From positions 1,816,414 through 1,880,413 of the forward strand of contig CM119269.1 of the NCBI GenBank assembly GCA_051294375.1: a DNA stretch of 64,000 bases, in the 5' to 3' direction. A program made the translations under genes and the position numbers. Position 1 is the first letter of the stretch. Every line of letters begins with the position of its first letter. Below are positions 48,034 through 61,873 of the stretch, one piece after another. Source of the stretch: Paraspadella gotoi. Its lineage: Eukaryota; Animalia; Chaetognatha. A model generated the notes under the pieces. The model did no database searches, had not been told where the DNA came from, and worked only from the letters and a program-made list of their open reading frames with translations.

Positions 48034-49984
48034 GTTTCTAGAGAAATGCGACTTTTTCCACTTCTTCGACAAAATTGTATAAAAAAAAACTACAATAAAA
48101 CTGTTAAAAGCAGGAAAAGACTGCTCCATCAACATTTGTAGTTGGGAGTCTCTAGTGATCATGGGTGAATCTTGTTTCCACACGCGCTGGTGGATTTTCA
48201 AAATCTGAGATTTATTTCAGCAAACAAGATTCCTTGGATTTGTTGAAACTGTATTCATAAATTGCTTGATAAAAGACAGAAAAACTTACATCCCTCGAAC
48301 TTAGAACTTCTGATTCACATTGAAGTGTACCTGCAACTTCTGATTCAAATTTTCTCCCATCTTTGACGCTAAATTGTATACAATCACCAAGCAAAATTTT
48401 TGGTGAAAGATTTAGACCGAAGATTTTTCGATTTCAATATGGTTTATAAAAAATTCAAATTTTACATAGTTTAAAGTCGGTTATTAAATTGGAAATGATT
48501 CTCATAAAACGTCAATGACTTTTTTAAATAATAAAACAATCAGATTTAATATATCTAAATACATACAGGAATGGGAGCGATTTTATTATTGCCATCCGTT
48601 CTGGGTCTCGGGGTAGACAAATAAAATGTTTTCAAAGAGAAAGAAGTCCATTACAATAATATCAAATTATAGTTAGTTATCGTTAAATAAACCAACGTTT
48701 TTCGTCGTATCGAGTTTTCTGAGACTCCATTTCCGCAAAAAGCTCTCGTTTCAAAAGCGAACCTTCTCGTATTCTTTTCTCGTTAAACCTGAACTAAAAA
48801 CTCGGCACAGTGTAAACTCACCTTTCAGACTTACCCGTTTCTCTCCTTTCCTCGCCCTCAGCGCCCTCTCCCCCCGATTTCGAACATTACGGGCGTAACT
48901 TTTTTACATTTAAAACGCGGGGAAGAGGAACGAGGCTCCCGAGGTGTCGTCATATCGCGAGAGGGAGGAGGAGGAGGAGGAGGAGGAAAGGATGGGAGGA
49001 GGTGATTATAGAGGAGTATATTTGAAAGAAAAAAGTAAAAGGAGAAAAGAAGGAAGGTTTGAAGATTGTAAAAGAATAACTGATTGTTATAGGCATTAGA
49101 GAATTGAAAGGAGAATGTTGGAAGGGAAAAAAAAAAGAAAAAGAAGAGGGGGGGAAAAAAAAGAAAGAAAAAGAAAAGGGAAGAAGTTCGATGCGGCGAC
49201 TTGTAGTTTTTTTTTAAAAAAAATTACGCGAGGTTTGAGTTTACGCGTAAAGTCGCTCGATGCCTTTTCGATCAGTTATGCATTTACACAGAGGGCTCCT
49301 CATGAATGAAAAATCGAGAAAGGGTTGAAAGGCGAAGTCGATGTGACGGAAAAGTTTCGAGTTGACGGTTCGGAGGCGGTGGGCATGGGGGGGGGGTTGA
49401 TATATGGAAAGAAGGAAATTAAAATTTATATGGTGAGGTTCGTGAAGGCGAGAAGGGAGGGCAATGTGGCTGAAGACTAAGCATTAAAATTGTTTTTTTT
49501 TGAGAGGACAGCCGATGTCTAAAGTGGCATACTGGAACATGAGAAGAAAAACCGCCCAAGACTTAGTAAATGATTATGTTAGTTTAATAAAAAATACATT
49601 TAAGTGAATTACATTTATTATTGATTCCAAATCATGTATGAAAATCGTATTCCCAATATGAAATTATCCATTCATATCTAGATCTAGTGGGTGCAGACAG
49701 AAGAGCAAATTTCTATAGAAAGAGACAAATCCTCCTAGCAGGAAAAATTGTATAATTTCAGGAAGTAAGTTATTTACAATAATGTGATTTACAAACATGT
49801 GCAAATTCAGCTGACTGTGGAAAGGCAACGGTGTTACAGCGTTACAGCATTACAGTGTCAAAAATAGGTAAATATCAAAATTCATAGATGACCAAATGGG
49901 TTTTTTAGGTTTAACTCCATGTATAAGAAAATGTTAAATTTTCATATTTGTTTCTTTTAAATTTCCTTCTTCTAATTTAATGAA

Positions 49985-50965
49985 TCAAGCCAGATTCTCA
50001 GTTTTTCTTCTTCTTTCACCAATGACTCGATTGCATCTTCTCACCGCCATCTGGGTAAAACTCTTGAACATCAATGCCGCCAATTCAATGACCTCAATCA
50101 TTCCAATCACCGAAATTCCCATGAAAAGCCCCATGTGTCCACCGATGGTGCCGATCAACTGAGAAAATGAGAACAGAGGAACTTCTTCGTACATCCGATG
50201 AAGTCGGTGTCGATATCCAACCCTCAAATGGGGAATCAGTCCACTCTCTACAGACTGAGGATAAGCTAAATATCTGTGGGAAACATCGATTCCTTCTGGG
50301 CCTGATGACACGCATGGGCGCTTGCAAGAGCTTTTATTGATATCAAACAAAAAAAGTGAAAATATTCTCAAGCAACTTCGTTGGGAAGCATCCACCATGG
50401 GTTTGTAGGTGCAATTTTTGATCAGAATCTGAGTGGCATAGTGACTGTAAGAATAGTCAACCAACTCCAAAAAACTCAGGCTAACACTGCTCTCCAACAA
50501 TCCATCTATCAATGCAATGGCATTCATTTTCTTTCCAGGTGGAAAAATATGCGCTTCTACTCTCTGGCAGGCACTGGGAAATAAACAAGCGGAGGTGAAA
50601 TTTTTTAGGGTGAAGCTCATTGAAATAGAGAAATTAGTCTCATCCGAAAAGACAAGGAAATCAAACAAAGTTGTTGGTACCATGGGAGGAGTACTGGTCA
50701 ATATCTCAGAGGCGGACAAGCGTGCACGATTGGCCATATCCTCTCCAGCATTTTTCATGAAGTTGTCATAATCTGAAAAATTGTGAAAGGTTTGACCTTT
50801 GTGGTTAAAACAGAATTGACGAACCTCTAGTTCCTCAAAGGCCGAACAGTTGGAATGAAACTTGTTATAAAATTCTTGACTGTAGAGGGGCGTCTTGTCG
50901 AAAATGACGATGGGCATTGGAAGGGACTCAGGTGAATAGTCAGTGAATTGCGTCGCGACTCGGTC
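49985..50965 (-). CDS. DEG/ENaC (ASIC-like) channel copy A, exon 2
   Basis: Acceptor CTCCACTCCAAG|GAC in frame. C-terminal YEEVPLFSFSQLIGTIGGHMGLFMGISVIGMIE is the pre-TM2/TM2 signature. Confidence 0.9.
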   Translation of the reverse strand, partial: DRVATQFTDYSPESLPMPIVIFDKTPLYSQEFYNKFHSNCSAFEELEVRQFCFNHKGQTFHNFSDYDNFMKNAGEDMANRARLSASEILTSTPPMVPTTLFDFLVFSDETNFSISMSFTLKNFTSACLFPSACQRVEAHIFPPGKKMNAIALIDGLLESSVSLSFLELVDYSYSHYATQILIKNCTYKPMVDASQRSCLRIFSLFLFDINKSSCKRPCVSSGPEGIDVSHRYLAYPQSVESGLIPHLRVGYRHRLHRMYEEVPLFSFSQLIGTIGGHMGLFMGISVIGMIEVIELAALMFKSFTQMAVRRCNRVIGERRRKTENLA

Positions 50966-51274
50966 CTTGGAGTGGAGAAAAGGGGAGAGATTGGTATTGT
51001 ATTTCAGTTCTAATCTCAAAACTTTTATTAAACCCTGAGCTATGTAATAATAATAAAATTAATAATAATAATACTATGTACACTGAACTTAATCTTTAAA
51101 CTTAAAAATTTACTTAATTCTCAATTTAAACTGAAATAGGGAACTTTTTAAAAATATTGCCAACTATTAGCAAAGAATAAAGTTCCAACGTTCACTAATA
51201 TCAGCAACTTTTTCAAGAGAACAAGAATATCCGAGCAAGTTGCAATGAAAATCATCACCTCCACAGTCTCCAAC

Positions 51275-51496
51275 CTGAGAGTATTCATGAACGGCGTTGA
51301 AAATCTGTGTCGTCATCAGAACAAAAGAGATGACGACAATGACAAACCAAATCAAACGCCGGAAACGGTTGTGACCAGAAGTTGAATCGGTGATGGATGA
51401 CGCCAACCGGCCGATACCGTGGATCGATGTTGACTCCAGAAAAGACGCTATTGTTTGTGTCGTGTCTCTTTTCATGATTTCTTTTTCTATTTCCAT
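51275..51496 (-). CDS. DEG/ENaC channel copy A, exon 1
   Basis: FLESTSIHGIGRL (HG gating motif), RRLIW and TM1. 74 codons, donor CAG|GTTGGA, phase 0. Spliced product is 400 aa. Confidence 0.9.
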
Positions 51497-52911
51497 GTCT
51501 TCTTCATATCTAAAAATATATTTTTAATTGACAAAGTTTCTTTTCACAGCTATTTTCTCATCTGCCAATGAGTTTTCTCACTTAGTTCAGAGTTTCTTCT
51601 TGTACTAAAGAAATTTTAAAATAAAGTATATCAATTAATACTGCAGTTATCAAATTACTTAATTGAACAAAAGTATTTGTAATTAATTGGGGTATAAAGC
51701 CAAACTATGTTTTTTAAACCAAAGTTTTGGTGTGTTGAATCAGACGTTCTCCATGATAAAAATGGAAAAGATTTTTGTATTGGTGGTGGCGAGCGTCGCC
51801 GTAGGCAACTTAAACAGTTTTGGAAATTTTGATTGTTACTAGAGTCAAGTTTTCATCATTATTGGAAAAAATATCAAATTTGGTCATTTTACACCAACGC
51901 GTCATTCAATACTTCTTTTTAGTCGCGTCTGGATGGACTAAGAGGTGTTTATATATTGTCTCTTGTTTAATGATTATTATTGTCATTTTTTTTTAAATTT
52001 AACATTGTGTATAATCCTTTCGTTTTCCTTGTGTCAAGATTTAGCAAAAAAAAATGAATTTGGGCAATAAATGATATTTTCACAATGACAGTCATGTTTC
52101 GGCTTGAGTCTTCAAGCCTTCATCAACATTAACAGTTTTGAAAAATTATTGGTAAATTATGCAAAATTCAGCCTGACCTCAACTACTATTCTGTCTCAGC
52201 TCGGTGAAAACTTTTACCCTCTCTGTCTATCTCTCTATCACTCTCTCTCTCTCTATCTCTCCTTTATTCTTTTGCAAAATTTACCAATAATTTTTTTGAC
52301 AAATAAAAATTGTTTTTCTCCTAATGCCCAAAAACAACGAAAATCGAAAGTCTATACACAATGTCTATCAATCAATAATTTTTTAAAACTCTTCTTGAAT
52401 TGATTTTTAAAACAAAAAATTAAGGTAAAAAACTTTTATGCAGCGAATGCTGTGATTCACTGGTCACTTTATCGAGCTTAAACTACCATTTTTTTAAATT
52501 GTCTTACCATAAGCACTCCTCTTTCTTTAGTTTTTCAATATAGGACAAGCTAATGAAAGGCAGTAAATAGACATGTTCATCTTGCCAATAATCTTTTGGC
52601 ACAAAAAAGCAGTCTTGGAAATTGCTTAGTCATCCAGCTAAAATCATTTGAATAAAGGCTGTAGCATCATTCTCTAAGGAACTTAAAGGTTTATGGACTT
52701 AGTAGTGGGCAAAAAAACCTAATATATCTGTAACACTGCCTTAAAAACTTAATACAAAATTGTTCATTGCACTATATTTTTAACAAATACGATTTGCCAA
52801 CAATCTGGTGATTTTACCATCTTTGTGAGAAAATAGATTTGAAGTTGTTAATGATAATTAATTAAAAGAAAATTTATACACAAAAAAAGTCAAGTAGTTA
52901 TTTATCATTTA

Positions 52912-53720
52912 AAACAAGTTTGAGCAAACAATGTCGGATCTGCCCACGATCATTATCAGTAATAAAATAATTAATAATTAATTAATTAATTATAATAATA
53001 ATAATAATAATAAATAATTAATTAATTCAAGTTAATTAATTAATTAGTCAATTAATTAATTAGTCAATTATAATTAACTTGATCCAAAATGTTTGTTTTG
53101 ATTGATTAATTGACTGATTAATTAATAATTTATTAATTAATTGATTAATTAATTGACTAATTGATTAATTAACTGATTAATTATTTGATTAATTTATACA
53201 TCTTTATACATCTTATAAAAAAGAAAAAGAAGCATAATCAATTAGTGAAACAGGTTTTTTGTTTTTTTCCATTTAAACTCATTTCCACTCAAAGATTCCA
53301 TCGAAATTTGATTTCCAGCTTAATCACACACTTTCCTACCCACATACAAAATTTCAGGACAATTGCTTCATCCACTCATGAGTAATTGGTGTTCAAATAA
53401 TGAAATGTTTTTTGTTTTTTTTCCATTTAAACTCATTTCCACTAGGACGATTCCATCGAAACTTCATATCCAGCTCAATCACACACTTCCCTAACCACAT
53501 ACAAAATTTCATTTTAATCCATCCATCCAATCACGAGTTTTTTGTTAAGGTTGGACGGACGGAGGACGGACGGACGGACATCGTTTTTTTGCATAATTTA
53601 TCATAATTCAAAGTTCTGATATGAAATAAGTTAAAGCCCGACAAGATTGAGGGGCAGACCGACGGACCGACAAAGTGAATTATAGAGTAAGTCTGAGTAA
53701 GTTCTATCTGAACTCAATAA
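52912..53720 (+). mobile_element. HINE/Helentron-like element, same family as 8259-8849
   Basis: Shared 5' end AAACAAGTTTGAGCAAACAATGTCGGATCTGCCCA, shared internal block GATTCCATCGAAA..CCAGCT (duplicated here), (GACG)n, and GACCGACAAAGTGAATTATAGAG near the 3' end. Confidence 0.6.
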
Positions 53721-55404
53721 AGTACGGCAGTGGTTTCTTTCTTATCATCGGATTTGGCTCACGGGGTATCCTAAAGTCGTTGGCGAGAAAATCATAACCA
53801 AAAAGAGAGAGAGAGAGAGAGAGAAAGTCTGAATGACTTGTTTTTTGTTTTTTTTTTGATCAGTTTTGCATTTACACAGAGGGCTCCTCAATCCTCATGA
53901 ATGAAAAATCGAGAGAGGGTTGAAAGACGAAGTCGATGTGACAAAAAAGAGTTGATGGGTTGGAGGCGGCGGGCCAGGGGGTTAATATATTGTACGAAGG
54001 AAATAAAAATTTATATGGTGAGGTTCGTGAATTTTTTATATTTATTTATTGATAGGAAATGTCAATTTTTTTTAAAAAAATTATATTTTTAAAAGCAGAT
54101 TCAGATAGCTTATAAAAAGTTGTCGACACAAAGTATAATTTCTTTTTTTAATATTTGATCATATGTGGGACAAAATTGATAAAAACCTTAAAAAATCATC
54201 ATCATCTTACAATGATTTTAGTAGTTTTTGCTAATTATCGGCTATAAAACATTAAAATTTTAAAAAGTTGTAATTAAATTTTTTGTTTAACTTTTTCAGC
54301 TCTATTGGAATCAATTAAAAAAAATATAAAATAAAATTGTTAACATTATATAGCATATAATAATTAAAATTAGCGAATTACTACTCATGGTTCGGAACAT
54401 TTTTGCATAAAAATATTTTAACACAATAATTAATACCAATAATGGATTTCTTTTTTTTACATTTGAATTTGTTTGGCTAGCCCTAATACTAGAACTTTAG
54501 AAGAAAAATCGCCCAAGATTTAGCAAATGGTTATTTGAATATTTGAATAAAAAATACATTTAAGGGTATACATTTATTATTGATTCCAAATCATATATGA
54601 AAATTGTACTACAAATATAAAATTATCCATTCATAAAATAAACAAGTGGCTGTGCCAATGATGTAAATCGATTTCAAGGGCTTAATCTGAACTGTTATTG
54701 CGGAACTAATAACATTTTGGTACATAAAAAAAAATTATTTTATTTTATAAAAAACATTTATGAGGTAATTGAATCAAATATCGGATAAAATAATGGATTT
54801 AACAAGACAGAATAAAATAAAAAGAATAAGAAAAAAACATTGGTTAAAAAATTATAAAAGATTTAAGATAATACAAATTTTAAAAAACAATTGCTATTTT
54901 GTTGAAGAGCAGGTGCAAGTGAAGATCTAGTGGGTGTAGATAAAGTTTATTTTGAATGTTCCTTTGTCTTACAAAAGGTGAAAACAAAAGAAAATTTAAT
55001 TAAACTATTCTTTTATATTAGAAAAAAAGATTAAACCTCTGTTAGATATACTAATTTTATTGTTATTTTGTTTTTAAAAATGCTCTTTTGTTTATACAGC
55101 CACCTGGTTTATTAAGACTAAAACATTTGCTATTTTGGATAAAGCAATGCAAGTGAAGATCTAGTGGGTGCAGACAGAAGAGCAAATTTTTATAGAAAGT
55201 AAGGGCAAAATCCTCCTAGTAGAGAAAGTAGGAGGCAAATCCTCGTAGTAGGAAGGAAAAGTGAAATAGATGGGAAAAAAAGAAAAAAATGTGCAAATTA
55301 AGTTGTTACCGCGTTACAGTGTCAAAAATAGGTTAATATCAAATGTGTTTTTTAGGTTTAACTCCATGTATAAGAAAATGTTAATTTTCTTCTAATTCAA
55401 TGAA

Positions 55405-56387
55405 TCAAGCCGGATTCTCAGTTTTTCTTCTTCTTTCACCAATCACTCGTTTGCATCTTCTTACCGCTATCTGCGTAAAACCCTTGAACATCAACGCTGC
55501 CAATTCAATGACCTCAATCATTCCAATCACCGAAATTCCCATGAAAAGCCCCATGTGTCCGCCGATAGTGCCAATCAACTGAGAAAATGAGAAACAGAGG
55601 AACTTCTTCGTACATCCGATGAAGTCGGTGTCGATATCCAACCCTCAAATGGGGTATCAGTCCACTCTCCGCAGACTGAGGATAAGCTAAATATCTGTGG
55701 GAAACATCGATTCCTTCTTGTCCTGACGACACGCATGGGCGCTTGCAAGAGCTTTTATCGATATCAAACAAAAAAAGGTGAAAATATTCTCAAGCAACTT
55801 TGTTGGAAATCATCCGCCATGTTTTTGTAGGTGCAATTTTTGATCAGAATCTGAGTGGCGTAGTGACTGTAAGAAAAGTCTACCCCCTCCAAAAAACTCA
55901 GGCTAACACTGCTCTCCGACAATCCAGCTATCAATGCATTGTAATTTATTTTCTTTCCAGGTGGAAAAATATGTACTTCTACTCTCTGGCAGGCACTGGG
56001 AAATAAACAAGCAGAGGTGAAATTTTTTAGGGTGAAGCTCATTGAAATAGATAAGTTAGTCTTGTCCGAAAAGACAAGGAAATCAAACCAAGTTTTTGGT
56101 AACATGGGAGGAGTACTGGTCAATATCTCAGAGGCGGACAAGCGTGCACGATTGGCCACATCCTCTCCAGCATTTTTCATGAAGTTGTTGTAGTCTGAAA
56201 AATTGTGAAAGGTTCGACCTTTGTGGCGACGACAGAATTGACGAACCTCGAGTTCCTCAAAGGTCGAACAGTTGGAATGAAACTTGTTATAAAATTCTTG
56301 AGTATAGAGCGGAGTCTTGTCGATGATGACGACGGGCATCGGAAGGGACTTGGGTGAATAGTCAGTGAATTGCTTTGCGACTCGGTC
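55405..56387 (-). CDS. DEG/ENaC channel copy B, exon 2 (two apparent +1 frameshifts; pseudogene or sequencing error)
   Basis: Collinear with copy A but 983 vs 981 bp. There is an extra G at ~55777 and an extra A at ~55593 (+ strand), each lengthening a run of the same base. Confidence 0.8.
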
Positions 56388-56519
56388 CTTGAGTGTAGTA
56401 TGGGGAAAGGGGAGAGATTGGTATTGTTTTCCAAAAGCGCCTTATTTCTGATTCTAATCTCTAAACTTTAATTAAACCTTGAGCTTAATCTAATACTATA
56501 TACCTTGAACTTAATCTTA

Positions 56520-57616
56520 CAGGGGTGGGATCCTATATCGAGACAAAACTTAACGTCCTGATCTCTCTGAACGATTTGATACACAATAATAAAACGAGTG
56601 GCAAAAGATTTTTTAGGCTTTTTAGTTTTATATACAATAAAAAAAATATATTTTTAAGCAACGACAAAGCGTCGTGGATGTTTTCAAAACATTTAGTCGT
56701 TTTTATGTGCGCGCATTGTATTGCATACGATAAAAGCCATACTTGTTAATACTTTTTTGAACATGACAGTGTTATGTATTATCTTCAATTCATCTGATTT
56801 TAAGCTATTCATCACTATCCAAATTAAACCCATTTAATTTTTTTTAGGTAAGTAAAACAAAATTTTAGGAAGATTATAACAAATATGCTTAAATTGTCAA
56901 ATAATTTCTGTATTTCTTACCTTTTTGATGCTTTTATTATGCATTAAGAAATCTTACATGATAAATTTAATTATCTGACAATATCGTTAATAAATTTGTT
57001 GATAAAAGTAAGTTTTAATAAAAAGTAAACTATTGAAGAGGCTGGTTTTACAGGGCGCCACATCTGCAGCAGTGTCACCTCGTGGCGAGAGTGAGTCAGC
57101 ATGTTTATGTAGTCTAGAGCTTTGGATATGGTAGCAGGCCTCAGGCGGGTTACCCAGTCCATCCTACTTTCTACATAACAACCTCAGGGCTCGAAACAGG
57201 GACACACATTGGGATGGTGCATTAATCCACTGAGCCACTGAGGCGCTGCGAAGGAAATCGATTTGTGATGATAGGACAGTAACTTACCCAAATCTTAACG
57301 GATTACTTTAAAAAAATTTTAACCATTATTATATTACAAATAAATACTTCCAAAAATATTTTTAACTTATATTTATTAGAATGAGATTTAACAAAAAGTA
57401 TTCAAACATTTTTCTTCCAAACCGCGCGGAAAAAACCGAGCAGTTGCCTTTGCTGCATTAAATAAAAGCATAATATAAAAGAATTTCAAAAAAATTAATA
57501 TATCGTCAAAAAGCTAAGAGAGAATACTCTACGGATATTTATTCAGATTTTAAAAATCATTAAGAGCTTAAGAGTAATGATTTTTTAAATTTTGTCTCGA
57601 TATAGAGTCTCCCCTG
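56520..57616. mobile_element. Tc1/mariner-type non-autonomous element in the intron of DEG/ENaC copy B
   Basis: TA|CAGGGGTGGGATCCTATATCGAGACAAAA ... TTTTGTCTCGATATAGAGTCTCCCCTG|TA: imperfect TIRs and TA TSD. Absent from the copy A intron. Confidence 0.8.
57035..57245 (-). mobile_element. tRNA-derived SINE nested in the Tc1/mariner-type element
   Basis: Minus strand shows CCTCAG stem, A box TGGCTCAGTGG, B-box-like GTTTCGAGCC and closing CTGAGG. GC-balanced body within AT-rich DNA. Confidence 0.6.
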
Positions 57617-57743
57617 TAATTCTAAATTTAAACTGAAAAGGGGAAACTTTTTAAAAATGTTGCCAACTATTGGCGAAGAGTAAAGTTCTAATGTTCACGA
57701 GATAACAATGATATCCTAGCAAGTCGCTGTCACAGTCACAGAC

Positions 57744-57965
57744 CTGAGCGTATTCACGAACGGCGTTGAAGATCTGCGTCGTCATGAGAACGAAAGAGAC
57801 GACGACGATGACAAACCAAATCAAACGCCGCAAATGGATGTGACCGGAAGTCGAATCGGTGACGGATGACGCCACGTGGCCGATTCCGTGGATCGACGTT
57901 GACTCCAGAAAAGACGCCATCGTTTTTGTCATGTCTCTTTTCGTCCTTTCTTTTTCTATTTCCAT
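57744..57965 (-). CDS. DEG/ENaC channel copy B, exon 1
   Basis: FLESTSIHGIGHV, RRLIW and TM1. 222 bp, donor CAG|GTCTGT at the same position as copy A. Confidence 0.9.
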
Positions 57966-59103
57966 GTCTTCTTCGTTTCTAAAAATAGATTTTTAATTGA
58001 CAAAGTTCCTTTTCACGGCGCTTTCTCATCTGCCAATGAGTTTTCAGACTTTGTTCAGAGATAGAGTTTCTTCTTGTACAAAAGAAACTTTAAAGTAAAG
58101 TTATAACAATGAATACCATAGTTATGACATTACTTACTTTTTAATTATTTAGGGTATAAAAGCCAAACTATGTTTTTTAAGGCAAAGTTTTCGTGTGTTG
58201 AATCAGACGTTGTCCGCAATAAAAATGGAAAAGGTTTTGGAAGTTTTGAATGTTGCTAGGGTCAAGTTTTCATTAATATCGGAAAAAAGATCAAATTTGG
58301 TCATATTGCACCAACGCGTCATTCAATACTTCTTTTTGGTCGCGTCTGATTGGACTAAGAGGCGACTACATCTATTGTCTCTCATTTTAATATTTAATTG
58401 GACTAAGAGGCGACTACATTTATTGTCTCTCATTTTAATATTTTTAAAAAATTAATAGAAAGTATCGTACTATCACATGTTTATAAAGATGTTTTCATAC
58501 AATGTTTTCTTAGATATGTAAGGATAAAATAAAATTAAGAATACCGATAATAACAGTCCCTTTAGTAATAGTAATATATAGTATATTTAATATATAGTAA
58601 ATTTAATGCTTGTATTAACCAATAGTGAAATTTGACATCAAGTTCTAATGGAATCATCAACACCTTCACCCTCACTATCTTCGTGTTAACCAAACCAAAC
58701 CAAACTTTTTGGAAATTTAAGAAAATTTACACAAAATTTCAAAATCGATTTTTAAACAAATTTCTAAGCATTAAGCTTATCAAATATTTAAAAAAACTGG
58801 AAAATAACATCGCAGAAAATGATTAATGATTAATGCTTAATCACGATACCAATTTTAAAAAATATTTTAAAAAATATATTAAAAGATGAATGAGGAAAAA
58901 TAACATTAAAGAGCGATCTAAAATCCGCTTCTTAAAAAGAACGACCTAACGGCATTACTGCCTTTTCCCCTCTCACCCAAAATTCTTTTCTTGCCCGCCC
59001 CCCCCCCGCGTAAACGGCCTCAAAGACGATTGGGACATCGGAAGGCGAAGCAGGCTGGAGGAGGAGACCTGTCCCGAAGTCGTTGGCGAGAAAATCATAA
59101 CCA

Positions 59104-59204
<101 letters not shown>

Positions 59205-59409
59205 AACTGACTTACTTTTAACGGTCGGTTTGAGTCAACGAGAGGTTTTTTCTTCCCAACTAAAGTTTTAAAATTTATACATTATATAAGAGTACGTATA
59301 TATAATATAATTTATAATATATAATTATAATATAATTTATACATTATGTAAGAGTGATATGAAAGATATGAATATCCTAAATTCCATTTGTTGTTTCTTT
59401 TTTCCACAG

Positions 59410-59605
59410 ACCTGCCCATCACCCTGCGCCGCCGCTCTTTACTCCCTGGGTGGGTCCTCGCCCGAGGGCCTAGCTTACCTTCTCTCGGGTTGCGACTGCC
59501 TTACCCAAACGCGCTGCGTCGCCGGCGGCGGATTTACCGACGTCGCCCACGCGTGCGAAGCGGAAATGCGCGTGCTGGGGAAGGTGGCGGAGGAAAGGGA
59601 GAGAG
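59410..59605 (+). CDS. GAS1: GAS1-like gene exon: second half of domain 1 (TCPSPCAAALYSLGGSSPEGLAYLLSGCDCLTQTRC...AC)
   Basis: Acceptor TTTTTCCACAG| (phase 0) and donor GAG|GTAAGC (phase 1). CPSxCxxAL...CDC-x5-C matches GAS1. Confidence 0.85.
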
Positions 59606-60997
59606 GTAAGCAGGGTTGGCGGGGAGAGGGGGATGAGGGATGAAGGGAGAGAGGGAAACAGGGGATCAGAGGATGTGAGGGTGACAGTGGGAGGCGGTAG
59701 AACAGGGTCGTCATCAAAATTTCCTGTTATTCAGTATTTACTTGAGTTGAGTGGAGTTATTGTAACGAGGGAGAGAATTAAAGACAAAAGAATCAGACGA
59801 ATTGAAAACAAAACAAAAAAGTGTTGGACCAAAAAAAGGCGCAAAAGGGGATAGTCGGCTGATGTGGGTACGAAGTGAAGAAGATGAAGAGATGAAGAGA
59901 TGAAAAATGTAAGAAATGAAGAGATGAAGATGAAGAGATGAAAAAAGTAAGAAATGAAGAGATGAAGATGAAGAGATGAAAAAAATAAGAAATGAAGAGA
60001 TGAAGATGTAGATGAAGATGAAGAGAAGAAAGATGAAGAGTAGATGAAGAGAAGATGAGAAGAGAGCGAGAAGATGACGAGAAGGATTTTATGGGATTGT
60101 TGACTTTTGAAGAGAAGAAAAACCGAGGAGAAAAAAAAAGGCAGAAAAAAGCGAATGTGTTGAAGAAAAAATGTGAGAGTTGACGCTTATCACCGGCGTT
60201 TAGACGAGAGAGAGAGACATCTAACGGGAAAAAAAAGTATTATACATATAAAAAGAAGAGGAAAAAAAGAGAAAACTAGAGGTAAAGAATGAACGGGAAA
60301 AAAATGGGAAAAATTAGAAAAGAAAAGAAAATAGAAGAAAAGGAACAGAAAAAGAAAAGAAAAATAGGTAAATTAAAAAAAAACGGAAAGAAAAGAAATG
60401 AAAGGAAAAGAAAAGGCGCAGAAAAGAAACTCATAGAGACGAAAAAGAAAAACGACGTAAATAACTATAAAAAAAAGAGGGAAAATGGAGGCGAGGCAAA
60501 AAAAAAGAAAGAGCGGGCTCGCTCCGTAACCTTGCTCACGCTCTCTGCTTATCGCGCTCAATGGCGCGAAATTGCACGTGAAATTCTTTGATGATGGAAT
60601 TCTTCTCGGTGCCAGCGGCGGCGGCGAATAGTGGAGGGGGGGGAGTGTCAAATGTGCCGCCCGATGGAAGGCGTCGTGTTTACTCTATGACGAGACTCGG
60701 GAATAAAATCGGTATTAAAGATTTTCGTAAAAATCGTTTCTTGGTAGCTAAACTCTTAAGGTCGTAAGTTGAAAGATTTTGTAAAAAAAAAATAAATAAA
60801 GAATTGCTTTTAAATATTATTTTTTGTCTTTTTTCAAAACAATTTTTCTCTGGGGAAAAAAAATTCCATTTTAAATTTTTTTTTCCTCTTGTCTGAGTTA
60901 AAAAAGAAACTTTATATTCGTTTTTTCTTTTATATGATTTTTTTCGTCCTTTTAATTTTATCGCTTTAACTTTCTGTCTGCCTGTCTAGTTTCTTGT

Positions 60998-61118
<121 letters not shown>

Positions 61119-61483
61119 ATCCCTTTTTTTAGAGAGAAAATCGATAAACACTTTCCTGAATTTTGATTCGAAGTCGAGGAAAAACCCACTCGTTTTTTTA
61201 TATGATTTTTTTTTGTTTCCATACATCACGCCTTTTCCAAGTTCCTATCATAAAATAGAATTTTTTTTCCTTTTCGTTTATTTTGATATGTATCATACGA
61301 TTTCAATCTATGAAGCGACCTAAGGTTGCCCAATGCACAAATTTCGCATACAATCACATTGCACAACAATACATAAAAAAGAAGAAGTCGCTAGTCTTTC
61401 TTATTAATATGTACACTATGTAACTCTTACTTTTCTTTCTCTTGTCTAAATGTTACCCTTTCACTTACCCTTCACATTTTCAG

Positions 61484-61562
61484 TGTCGATCGAGGCTTCT
61501 CACTCTCCTGCCTCGTGGACGATCGGTTGTTCGGCGATGGAACAACTCACGTTGGCGGAAAG
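61484..61562 (+). CDS. GAS1: GAS1-like gene exon: linker and start of domain 2 (VSIEASHSPASWTIGCSAMEQLTLAER)
   Basis: TTTTCAG| acceptor and AAG|GTCAGG donor. 79 bp, phase 1 to phase 2, bridging both neighbouring exons exactly. Confidence 0.8.
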
Positions 61563-61737
61563 GTCAGGGATCCTGATATAAACCATCTTTAGGAAATTGA
61601 TAAAACCAATTTAATAATTATTTATTCATTCCATATTTAAGCTATATTGTACCCTGAATTTGGACGGGCTTCTGTATTAAGAGCTCAATCCTTCTTACTA
61701 GACCCTGCAAGCAATACTCTGCAATCAAAGCTTTTAA

Positions 61738-61831
<94 letters not shown>

Positions 61832-61873
61832 AGATTCTATTCCGCCTTCAAATAACAACCCCTGTATCCTCAG

